Assembly (NCBI GenBank): GCA_027491395.1
Contig: JAOZFI010000048.1
Location: 1-18,880 of the forward strand
Reading direction: 5' to 3'
Origin: Thermoproteota archaeon
GTDB taxonomy: Archaea > Korarchaeota > Korarchaeia > Korarchaeales > Korarchaeaceae
Length of the DNA stretch: 18,880 nucleotides
The notes under the pieces were generated by a model. It was given only the letters and a program-made list of their open reading frames with translations. It did no database searches and had not been told where the DNA came from. Positions 8,295 through 16,078 of the stretch are shown here, piece by piece (within the stretch, counting starts at the first letter, position 1; each line of letters starts with the position of its first letter). The translations under genes were made by a program, and so were the position numbers.

Positions 8295-9188
8295 ATGTCC
8301 ATGAGGCCTGAAGGAGTTATCCCTCCCCATGTGACCCCCTTCACCGAGGACGGATCCTTAGATCTGAAGTCCCTCGATAGGCTAATTGATTTCTGGCTGG
8401 ATTCGGGCGTTCACGCCCTCGCTACGTGCGCCAGTAACGGTGAAGGGCCCCTCCTCTCTAATGAGGAGAGGGTCCAAGTGATAAGGAGGGTCGTGGACTC
8501 CGTCGGCGGACAGGTTCCGGTCATAGCGGGGGTCTCATCTCCCTCAACGTCGGGCATCCTCTCTCAGGTCAGGGGCTCCGAAGGGGCCGGAGCTGATGCT
8601 GTTCTAGTCACTCCTCCCTACTACTTCAAGCCTAACGAAAGGGAGCTCGAGAAGCATTACTCCACGGTAGCTAGGGAGTCCGGGCTGTCGATAATCCTAT
8701 ACAATGTACCTAAGTTCGTCGGGTATAATCTGTCCTTGAGTCTGATCAGGGAGCTGGTCCACGAATTCGACAATATAGTGGGCATAAAGGAGTCCAGTGG
8801 TCTACTCTGGAGGATCTCTGAGCTCATTCGAGAGATGGGAGACCGCATATCCATACTCGCTGGTACGGGAGACATGCTGCTTCCCACCTTGATGCTGGGA
8901 GGGGATGGAGGGATCGTTGGAGTGGCCATATTCGCCCCCGAGCTTGCAGTAGATCTCTACAACTCCTTCAAAGAGGGAGACCTGAGGAAGGCCTCCAAGA
9001 TCCAGCTCACATTAACCATGCTCAACGAGGTGATAGTTAAGGGCCTAAACCAGCTGAGCGCGTCTAAAGAGGCCCTGAAGATGAGGGGGCTCCCTGCCGG
9101 GTACCCGAGGAGGCCATCCCTTCCCCTGACGGTTGAGGAGACCAAGAAGGTCAGGGAAGCTCTCACAGAGGCTGGTATCATCCGATGA
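8295..9188 (+). CDS. DapA/DHDPS-family class I aldolase (possibly HOGA/KDG-aldolase-like rather than true DapA)
   Basis: VTPFTEDGSLD, ASNGE, VIAGV, PPYYF, LYNVP, Schiff-base Lys in GIKESS; TTATA at 8266-8270 about 25 nt upstream. Confidence 0.88.
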   Translation: MSMRPEGVIPPHVTPFTEDGSLDLKSLDRLIDFWLDSGVHALATCASNGEGPLLSNEERVQVIRRVVDSVGGQVPVIAGVSSPSTSGILSQVRGSEGAGADAVLVTPPYYFKPNERELEKHYSTVARESGLSIILYNVPKFVGYNLSLSLIRELVHEFDNIVGIKESSGLLWRISELIREMGDRISILAGTGDMLLPTLMLGGDGGIVGVAIFAPELAVDLYNSFKEGDLRKASKIQLTLTMLNEVIVKGLNQLSASKEALKMRGLPAGYPRRPSLPLTVEETKKVREALTEAGIIR

Positions 9189-9247
9189 CTCTCTACTCAT
9201 CTTTCTCTTCTATCTAACTCTTCTGAACTGACAAAGAGGAAGAAAGT
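9189..9247. terminator. Bidirectional pyrimidine-tract terminator region between convergent genes
   Basis: CATCTTTCTCTTCT on + after the dapA-like stop, and CTTTCTTCCTCTTTG on - after the surface-protein stop. Confidence 0.45.
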
Positions 9248-12247
9248 TCAGGAACGGAAAGGCGGTCCTCTCCTACTGAAGATCAATAACAGTATGGCCA
9301 CGGCTCCTATGATGGTAAATACCAGCCATTCCCATCCGACCACTCTTGCCTCCTCTTGGGTGACGGTGAGAGTCACCCTCTCGGTCTCTGTGACCGTCTC
9401 GGTCTCGGTTATGGTGACCACATCTCTCTCGGTCTCCAAGACGGGTAGAGGTATGCTGACAGTCTCATTTCCCATCGAGATGCTTATCAATCCAGTGCCT
9501 GCTTTTGAGGGTATGATCTCGTAACTCACTTTGGCGGGCAACTCTACCTCCTCGTGACCCCTCGAGTTAGTCAGTTGGAGCCCCTCGGATACCTCCAGAG
9601 ATAGGGGTACCCTACCCTCACCTTGGAGATCCACAATCAACCTGACCGGCCTTCCTACTTTAGCCAAGGTAGGAGTGAGCACGACCTTGGCTGAGATCCT
9701 AGATCCCGTCGGGATTCTGACCTCGCCCACGGTTTCGGGCGGTGAAATCTCGGGCAGGCTCCCTCCGACCACTAGGGGTGAGGTACCCACAGCATAGAGG
9801 ATCCAAGTCTCACCCCAGAGGGTCCCGTGGGCGGATCTGAGAACCTTCACCTTGAATCTGATGATTTTAATGCCGGGACTAACGTTCCAGACGAGTTCCC
9901 TGTCCCTCTTGATCGGTTCGACACTCCTGCCATCCACCACGGAGCTGCCCTCAACGTACTCAAGTCCATATGGAAGCTTGTAGGTGAGCTGACCACCGAC
10001 AGAGAGCCTGCCCTCGATCAGCACGTAGACCACCACCTCATCCCCCACATCAGCGCTGGGCGGGGAGAAGTAGGTGTAGAGCTTGAAAGGAACGGCCCCG
10101 TACCTCCTAGCTATCTCGGACGGTGGAGGACTCGGAGGTGCTCTGCCGACGGGTTGCACAGGTACCTTAACCCCGAGGGAGAAGTTGCTGGATGTAGCGC
10201 AGTTCTGCCTTCCTTCAGCGATATCGCAAGAGGTCACGCACCAGTAGTAGGCCCCCTCATCGAGATTGATGGTCCAGTTCATGGAGACATCCTGCCCAAT
10301 AAGTTCCTTACTCTCTTGGTAGACGATGGAGTTGCCTTTGTACACGGTTATAGTGGCATTCTTGACACCGGTATCGTCGTGGGCCGAGGCAAAGAAGGTC
10401 ACCTCCCCCTCCTCCACGGTTGATCCGTCGGCCGGAGAGGCCAGCATGACTAAGGGCATGGCGTCGTCCAGTATGATGAGGTTCGCCCGTATTCTCTCCT
10501 CTTTGGCTGGATCATTAGAGGACTTGGCTTCCACGTAGTAGTTGAGCACACACCTGTCCCTCGAGACGAGCGGTGTCACCGTGACCACGAGGTCCCTCTT
10601 CTCTCCAGGATTCAGGGGTATCGAGTAACCGGAAGCTGAGGTGATCTCGTTCGTCACATTGCTGGCTCCGTCGAAGATCACCGTCCTGACGGTGTTCCCG
10701 GGCGTGATGATCCTGACCACCACGTTATCCAGCTGATTGCCATCGTTCTCCACGGTCACCACGTAGCTCACTGTCTCGGACGACTTCTGAGTCTGAGCAA
10801 CGTATTGGACCTCCCCTGTAGAGTCATAAACATCGTCCCAGAAGGTAGAACTGTTTGGGAACGTCACCATCAGGTCCGGCTGAGCCACGGACAGGACGGT
10901 AAGGCTAAGCACCGTCTCATCGTGGAATATCTCATCCGCATAGTATGGATCCGCTGGGTAGTTAGTCTGCCAGTCTAGGTTGCTCGAACCCCTAATCACA
11001 ACTTGATAAGTGCCAGGAGGAGTCCTCCTGGGGACATCTATCAGGAACACCATCCTAGCTAGGCCACCGTGGGGGGTCAGGTCACCTGTGTCGGGGATCC
11101 CATCTGAGTACGTGTCGAGAGCATCATTCACGTATGTCCAGCCGTTTGCACTGTCACCATCCAAGTCGTAGGCTATTAAAACATCGTCAGCGAAGTTAGC
11201 CGGTTCAAAGTCGGACAGGCCCAGATCATCGTCTCCATTGACATCTAAGTAGACGGAAATGTTCCAATCAGGATCAGACCTCACAGATATGTCGTACACG
11301 TCATCTAGGGCTCCGGAGTTGTGAAAGCTGACCACGTAGTAGTACTTGGTGATGCTCTGATCGCACTTGGGCTGCACGGTTGAACTGATGGATGCGGGAT
11401 CGGCCGTGACGTAAAGGGGCGGGGGCTCAATGGTCAAAGTCATCGAGAGGGCATCGACCCTGCAGTCATCGGGCAGGTCGTTTAGGTCCTCGTCATCGAA
11501 GACATAGATGATCGTGGAGAAGGTGCCCGTTGGGTCCCCGGGAGGCACGTCAATGGTCATGACTACATCGGTGGAATCTCCTGCGGCGAGGACGAAGTCG
11601 TTGGAGGAGAAACTCACGTAAGACGGATCTACTTGGCCTGCAGGGTCCACCATCAGCTTGACGTGCTGAGCGTCTTGCACGCCCACATTAGTCACATGTA
11701 TGGTGACTTGGACGGGAGTTCCCTCGACTACCGTCACGCTGATGTCCTCAGGCGTGGCGTCCAGTCCCTCGACTAGGAACTGAAGGCTGTCCGATACGTG
11801 GTATCCGTTATCGTAATCGGGAGGATCGCCCGGCCAGGCTATCACGGTCCAAGTACCTCCGGCCTCATCTAGCACCGAGGGTAGTGTGAACGTGCCGTGA
11901 AAGATTCCATCACTAGCGACGTCATCGAGCGCGACTCCATCGTCTCTAAGGGTGACTGTGGCGATCACATTAAAGGAGGAGTCCCTTACCTCGGCCTTCA
12001 AGTAAGACCCATCCCCGCTATTGAGGTAGAGGCCAACGTCCGATCTCACCTCGATCAGCGCGGTATCACCGCACTTCAGAGGCTGTGAAGGATCGGCCGC
12101 GTTCGTGACCGAGATCACATCTAAGCCGAAACCCTCAGGATCTCCTAGCTCAGCCGGAAGCCACGCGAGGACCTTCACATCGTCCACGTAAGCATAAGTG
12201 CCGTATAGAGCGTCTGCCGTGTTACCGGCCTCAAAGTACACCCTCAC
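9248..12247 (-). CDS. C-terminal part of a large membrane-anchored cell-surface protein (choice-of-anchor-X-like, Ig/NEW3-like and DUF11-like domains, Thr-rich linker, C-terminal TM)
   Basis: LRDDGVALDDVASDGIFHGTF, beta-rich acidic domains, LPYGLEYVEGSSVVDG, TITETETVTETE, terminal WLVFTIIGAVAILLLIF-SRR anchor. No signal peptide of its own; in frame with 12251..13177. Confidence 0.85.
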   Translation of the reverse strand: MRVYFEAGNTADALYGTYAYVDDVKVLAWLPAELGDPEGFGLDVISVTNAADPSQPLKCGDTALIEVRSDVGLYLNSGDGSYLKAEVRDSSFNVIATVTLRDDGVALDDVASDGIFHGTFTLPSVLDEAGGTWTVIAWPGDPPDYDNGYHVSDSLQFLVEGLDATPEDISVTVVEGTPVQVTIHVTNVGVQDAQHVKLMVDPAGQVDPSYVSFSSNDFVLAAGDSTDVVMTIDVPPGDPTGTFSTIIYVFDDEDLNDLPDDCRVDALSMTLTIEPPPLYVTADPASISSTVQPKCDQSITKYYYVVSFHNSGALDDVYDISVRSDPDWNISVYLDVNGDDDLGLSDFEPANFADDVLIAYDLDGDSANGWTYVNDALDTYSDGIPDTGDLTPHGGLARMVFLIDVPRRTPPGTYQVVIRGSSNLDWQTNYPADPYYADEIFHDETVLSLTVLSVAQPDLMVTFPNSSTFWDDVYDSTGEVQYVAQTQKSSETVSYVVTVENDGNQLDNVVVRIITPGNTVRTVIFDGASNVTNEITSASGYSIPLNPGEKRDLVVTVTPLVSRDRCVLNYYVEAKSSNDPAKEERIRANLIILDDAMPLVMLASPADGSTVEEGEVTFFASAHDDTGVKNATITVYKGNSIVYQESKELIGQDVSMNWTINLDEGAYYWCVTSCDIAEGRQNCATSSNFSLGVKVPVQPVGRAPPSPPPSEIARRYGAVPFKLYTYFSPPSADVGDEVVVYVLIEGRLSVGGQLTYKLPYGLEYVEGSSVVDGRSVEPIKRDRELVWNVSPGIKIIRFKVKVLRSAHGTLWGETWILYAVGTSPLVVGGSLPEISPPETVGEVRIPTGSRISAKVVLTPTLAKVGRPVRLIVDLQGEGRVPLSLEVSEGLQLTNSRGHEEVELPAKVSYEIIPSKAGTGLISISMGNETVSIPLPVLETERDVVTITETETVTETERVTLTVTQEEARVVGWEWLVFTIIGAVAILLLIFSRRGPPFRS
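9360..9436 (-). repeat. Degenerate (GAG ACC)n low-complexity repeat encoding a Thr/Glu/Val stalk
   Basis: Repeated TCTCGGTCTC / GTGACC units encoding ETERDVVTITETETVTETERVTLTVT just before the TM anchor. Confidence 0.6.
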
Positions 12248-12250
12248 AGT

Positions 12251-13177
12251 CTATCCCGCGTAGGCTGAGAGATCGAAGGTGAAGTACTTCCACGGTCTCT
12301 CCTTCCATCCAGTTCCTCCCGGAGGAGCGGTCTCCTCCACAAGAGTTTGAAGAACTGCGTTGGATGTGCTACTTATCTGGGCCCTGAACCGATCGTAGTT
12401 GGCGTAATCGTATGACACCATCCTCCTGCAGAAGGAGAGGATCGCACCGCCCGGCGGGATGGCGATCTCTTGGTAAACATAACCACCCATCTTATTGCTG
12501 GCAGCACTAGGTCCAAAGCCGGCGTAATCCCACCCTATCTTATAGGATTGGGCACCGGAATGAGCCACGCTCCCTCCCAAGTGGGGATCGCTTCCGCTAA
12601 CGACGTAATGGGCGGCCAGCGGGTGATCAACTCCTCCTCCTACCCAAGGAGCTGGATCCTCCGTGCCTGGTGGACTGCCCTCGAAGTCCCCATCACCAAC
12701 TAGATTGACAGGAGCTGGATCGGGGAAGTTGGGCTGTGGCTTCACGCCGTTCTCCTCGATGTCGAAGTATATGTAGTAAGTGACTGGTGCCGCATCCTCA
12801 AGAACGAAGCTCACGTCCCCTCTAGCGTTACCAGAGTCGTCGTCACTTCCCATGTAATGTTCATCGTCGAACTTCTGTGAGGCTACGAGATTCCCAGTTG
12901 AGGAGACTACTCTGACGGAGTTAGCGGCGAAGGTCCCTGATACCCCTCGTTCAGAGAGCAAGGACCCGAAGTCTGCGGCAATCTTGACGGAGTCCCCCGG
13001 GGATCCCGCAGATATTTGGACCGGAACCCTATAGTGCCAGTCGTGACCGTTAGAGACACCATCCGGATCCCACCAGGACGGAGATGCGAGATCCCCCTTA
13101 AGAGTGACCGGTAGGGGGATTGAGAGGCATAATATAGATATAGTGACAAACACAAGAATTAACTTATCTTCATACAT
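12251..13177 (-). CDS. N-terminal part of the same surface protein (signal peptide, DUF2341-like domain, carbohydrate-binding jelly-roll start)
   Basis: Hydrophobic N-terminus KLILVFVTISILCLSIPL; WWD...WHYRVPVQI...SVRVV...YYIYF; NLVGDGDFE; ends mid-motif at DLSAYAG-TAG. Confidence 0.82.
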   Translation of the reverse strand: MYEDKLILVFVTISILCLSIPLPVTLKGDLASPSWWDPDGVSNGHDWHYRVPVQISAGSPGDSVKIAADFGSLLSERGVSGTFAANSVRVVSSTGNLVASQKFDDEHYMGSDDDSGNARGDVSFVLEDAAPVTYYIYFDIEENGVKPQPNFPDPAPVNLVGDGDFEGSPPGTEDPAPWVGGGVDHPLAAHYVVSGSDPHLGGSVAHSGAQSYKIGWDYAGFGPSAASNKMGGYVYQEIAIPPGGAILSFCRRMVSYDYANYDRFRAQISSTSNAVLQTLVEETAPPGGTGWKERPWKYFTFDLSAYAG

Positions 13178-13325
13178 CGGTTGTACTGGCCATCAGAATG
13201 ATAAAAAATTTCCTAGGAGATCTTATAGCAGCTTTAAGAGGAACATGTGTTCTCCACTATTCCTTACGACGAATTTCTCAATCAATGGTGTTATATTTCA
13301 ATTCGGTTCTAAAGGATTTTAGACC

Positions 13326-14312
13326 GTGTCCTTCGTACTTAGCGCCTACTGGCACCTCTCCTGCTGTTATTGGTATACTATGCCGCCCAGCTCGGCTTCA
13401 CGCGCGTACCAATTCGTGCTAGAGCCCGGAGAGAGCAGAAAGATATACGTAAAAATGGGGGCATCAGAGGCAGCTACTCCCGGAATTTATGAGGTGTACA
13501 TAGGTGCCTACGCTATCGTGGAGAAGCAAGAAGGGGGAAGTATTGTGTATCCTGCTGCAGCGCTCCATACAACCCTCGAAGTCATAGGGGAATCGTCGAA
13601 TTTGTCTCTTAAGGTAGTAGATCCTGCAGGAAATCCCGTTCCCTCCGAACTCAGGCTAGTATATGTTACTCCGAAGGGAAATTTCTCGGTAGCAAGGAGT
13701 TCTAATGGAACGTTGGAGAAGAAATTAGCTCTCGGTAAATATTTAGTACTTATAATAATCGATGGAACGATCGTTAAGAAGGAACTCATCGAGTTAAAGC
13801 CAGCTGAAGAGAAAAAGCTATCCATAGAGGTGAGCACCGCTTACATAAGTTATTTCTCGATATCTCCGGCATTGGACGAGAGTGGGAGGTTAGGGTTTGT
13901 TAAAGTAATTGGCGTAGTGAACAACCTGCTAGCCCCCCTTCCACATGCAGAACTCGAGCTGAAGGTATGGGATCCAGATGGTACGTTGGAGGAGATAGTT
14001 CTGGCCAATCTTTCAACTCTTCCCAAGGGACTAAGCGAGTATAGGACGAAATATGCCCCAACAAAGGGATGGAAAGAAGGGACCTATCAATTCCAGCTGA
14101 TACTTATATCTAGGGGTAAGATCTACGCAGTAACATCCAAGAAAATGTTGAACGTGACCGGTAAAATGATCGGCGTAGCTTTCTCTATATCAACAGATAT
14201 CCTGATTGGAATTGGTCTCTTAGCCATGTCTCTAGTGATAATAGCTTCGGTTATTAAAAGAAGGAGGAAAGGAAGGGCAGAAGTCAAAACGGTCTGGGAG
14301 AGCTTAAAGTAA
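13326..14312 (+). CDS. AT-rich hypothetical membrane-anchored Ig-like protein, probably 5'-truncated
   Basis: Long ORF with beta-rich segments (FVLEPGESRKIYV; LKVVDPAGNPVP), C-terminal TM and KRRRK tail. No convincing signal peptide; the first ~25 codons overlap the csaA remnant on the other strand. Confidence 0.65.
   Translation: MSFVLSAYWHLSCCYWYTMPPSSASRAYQFVLEPGESRKIYVKMGASEAATPGIYEVYIGAYAIVEKQEGGSIVYPAAALHTTLEVIGESSNLSLKVVDPAGNPVPSELRLVYVTPKGNFSVARSSNGTLEKKLALGKYLVLIIIDGTIVKKELIELKPAEEKKLSIEVSTAYISYFSISPALDESGRLGFVKVIGVVNNLLAPLPHAELELKVWDPDGTLEEIVLANLSTLPKGLSEYRTKYAPTKGWKEGTYQFQLILISRGKIYAVTSKKMLNVTGKMIGVAFSISTDILIGIGLLAMSLVIIASVIKRRRKGRAEVKTVWESLK
13338..13400 (-). pseudogene. Degenerate remnant of the 3' end of a tRNA-binding (CsaA/Trbp111) gene
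   Basis: The minus strand reads GGIVY[frameshift]ITAGEVPVGAK versus GGKVHLITVGGEVPVGVK at the end of the intact gene (14615-14668). Confidence 0.6.
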
Positions 14313-14605
14313 TCCCCTACTTTCTTCTTTACAGGTGGATCTCAAAAAAGATAAGGGCTGTTTGGCTGGAGAAATAAATGCGTTATTAAACTGCTTGATG
14401 ATAAAATGATCAGGCATAAAGAAAAGGATGAAAAATTCCCCTTAAGGACCAAGAAATAGTGCAATTATAACGCCATAGAAGCAAGCACACACTTTGTCCC
14501 TGAGAGACGTACTATGAACTCAATCTTCACGGGATGCATGTTTAACCTAGATTTGCGCAGATATTATAGCCTGATCGATTGGAATTTACCGCGAAATCCA
14601 TGCCC

Positions 14606-14932
14606 TCACCACACCTTCACACCCACCGGTACCTCCCCTCCCACTGTTATCAGATGAACCTTCCCGCCCTCCTCTTCAGCTAGAAGGAGCATACCTCTGC
14701 TCTCTACCCCCATAAGTTTCTTAGGCTTCAGATTGAGTACGAATATCATTTTCCTGCCCTCCAGTTCCTCCGCCCGGTACTGATCACCTATCCCAGTTAC
14801 GATGGTCCTTTCCTCATTTCCGAAGTCCACCTCGAGCTTTATCAGCTTCCTAGACTTGGGGACCTTCTCCGCTCTCTTTACGTATCCCACCCTTAGATCG
14901 AACTTCCAGAACTCCTCGACATCGTACTCCAT
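14606..14932 (-). CDS. tRNA-binding OB-fold protein (Trbp111/CsaA/MetRS C-terminal domain family)
   Basis: F.K.DLRVG.V..AE....KL.KLEVDFG.EERTIVTGI...NLKPKKLMGVESRGMLL; 108 aa stand-alone protein. Confidence 0.92.
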   Translation of the reverse strand: MEYDVEEFWKFDLRVGYVKRAEKVPKSRKLIKLEVDFGNEERTIVTGIGDQYRAEELEGRKMIFVLNLKPKKLMGVESRGMLLLAEEEGGKVHLITVGGEVPVGVKVW

Positions 14933-15954
14933 TATCCCACCCTCAGGACTATCTTACCGAACATCTCGCTTCTCTCCATCTTCTCGTGGGCGATTTTGGC
15001 ATCTTCTAGCTCTAAGACGCTATCTATCACGGGTTTCAGCTTCCCGCGCTCGATGAACCTGAGCACCTCCATGAGCTCAGCCCGACTGCCCATATAAGCA
15101 CCTATTATGGAGATTTGCTTCGCGAACACGTACCTTACATTTACCTCAGTCTCCGGTCCTGAAGTGGCTCCAACGCTGATGAGCTTTCCTCCCTTCCTTA
15201 GAACCTTCAGGTCCTTGGGCCAAGTATCCCTTCCCACAGAGTCTATCACCACATCAACGCCCCCAGCTATCTCCCTGATCTTTGACACGACATCCTCCCT
15301 CCTGCGCTGTATCACATGATCGGCCCCTATCTCGTAAGCTTTTTCTATTTTCCAGTCGTCTCCTACGGTAGCTATCACGTTGGCGCCCAACATTTTCGCG
15401 ATCTGTATGGACGAAATGCCGACTCCGCTCCCAGCGCCCCACACGAGGACCCACTGTCCCTCCCTCACGTCAGCCAATGTCCTCAACATGTGCCAAGAAG
15501 TCAGGAAGACTAGGGGAACTGAAGCAGCTTCCTCGAACGTAAGGCTGGAGGGTTTGGGGAGGATGGCCCTCTCCGGATGCACCGTCAGCTCAGCGTATCC
15601 CCCATCCACGTGATAGCCGGGCATCGTGTATTCGGAGCATAAACTCTCCCTCCCGCTCAGGCAATACTCACAGACGCCGCAGCCATAGCCGGGAGCCACT
15701 ATCACCTCATCTCCCGGCTTGAACCTTTCCACACCCTCTCCCACCTCCTTCACTACTCCGGATATGTCTGATCCGAGGATTCGAGGTAAGACGACGCCCG
15801 GAAGGCCCTCCCTGATCCAAATATCCAAGTGATTTAGTGCCGTAGCTCTCACCTCAACTAAGACATCTCTAGGCCCCACCTCAGGGTCTCTGTAGTCCTC
15901 TACGAGGGAGAGGACTTCCGGTCCGCCATGCTCGAAGACAACAACCGCTCTCAT
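14932..15954 (-). CDS. Zinc-binding medium-chain dehydrogenase/reductase (alcohol dehydrogenase / quinone-reductase-like)
   Basis: ALNHLD and ILGSDISG in place of the catalytic-Zn ligands, structural Zn site CGVCEYC...C, GAGSGVG nucleotide-binding motif, FGKIVL; TAATG coupling to the tRNA-binding gene. Confidence 0.92.
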   Translation of the reverse strand: MRAVVVFEHGGPEVLSLVEDYRDPEVGPRDVLVEVRATALNHLDIWIREGLPGVVLPRILGSDISGVVKEVGEGVERFKPGDEVIVAPGYGCGVCEYCLSGRESLCSEYTMPGYHVDGGYAELTVHPERAILPKPSSLTFEEAASVPLVFLTSWHMLRTLADVREGQWVLVWGAGSGVGISSIQIAKMLGANVIATVGDDWKIEKAYEIGADHVIQRRREDVVSKIREIAGGVDVVIDSVGRDTWPKDLKVLRKGGKLISVGATSGPETEVNVRYVFAKQISIIGAYMGSRAELMEVLRFIERGKLKPVIDSVLELEDAKIAHEKMERSEMFGKIVLRVG

Positions 15955-16051
15955 AGTGCATCCTACTAATCATCCCTCGACCGTTAAATAGAGTAGCTCG
16001 TCCTGGGACCGTCATCACGGAGGGGAGGGGAAGAAATTAGAGATACCTAAG

Positions 16052-16078
16052 TTTATATATTTCATTTTACTATAGTAA
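16052..16078 (+). promoter_or_regulatory. TATA box (TTTATATA) followed by a perfect 12-bp palindrome TTACTATAGTAA (16067-16078)
   Basis: Seen directly in the AT-rich divergent intergenic region ahead of the putative copper operon. Confidence 0.6.

Larger units (their letters stand above)
9248..13177 (-). pseudogene. Single 1309-codon surface-protein gene interrupted by one in-frame amber codon (nonsense allele, read-through or sequencing error)
   Basis: TAG at 12253-12251 is followed in frame by ACT GTG AGG GTG TAC TTT, giving DLSAYAG*TVRVYF. Confidence 0.6.

Noticed and set aside
9248-13177. Genome-wide TAG recoding as the explanation of the internal amber codon
   Set aside because: Not supported within this window: no other gene has an internal TAG, two genes appear to end in TAG, and no pyl genes are present. 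It is kept only as a testable alternative.
13208-13256. Short imperfect palindromes (ATTTCCTAGGAGAT; GAACA-TG-TGTTC) upstream of the surface-protein gene
   Set aside because: Short and imperfect in AT-rich DNA, so not distinguishable from chance without comparative data.
14313-14605. AT-rich spacer examined for a CRISPR leader or array, tRNA, or small ORFs
   Set aside because: No repeats or cloverleaf were seen, only short stop-interrupted frames without recognisable motifs.
16020-16037. GAGGGGAGGGGA tract, also present inverted at about 5251-5262; considered as terminal inverted repeats or a G-quadruplex
   Set aside because: Low-complexity 12-mer with only two long G runs, no transposase or target duplication; better explained as purine/pyrimidine tracts.
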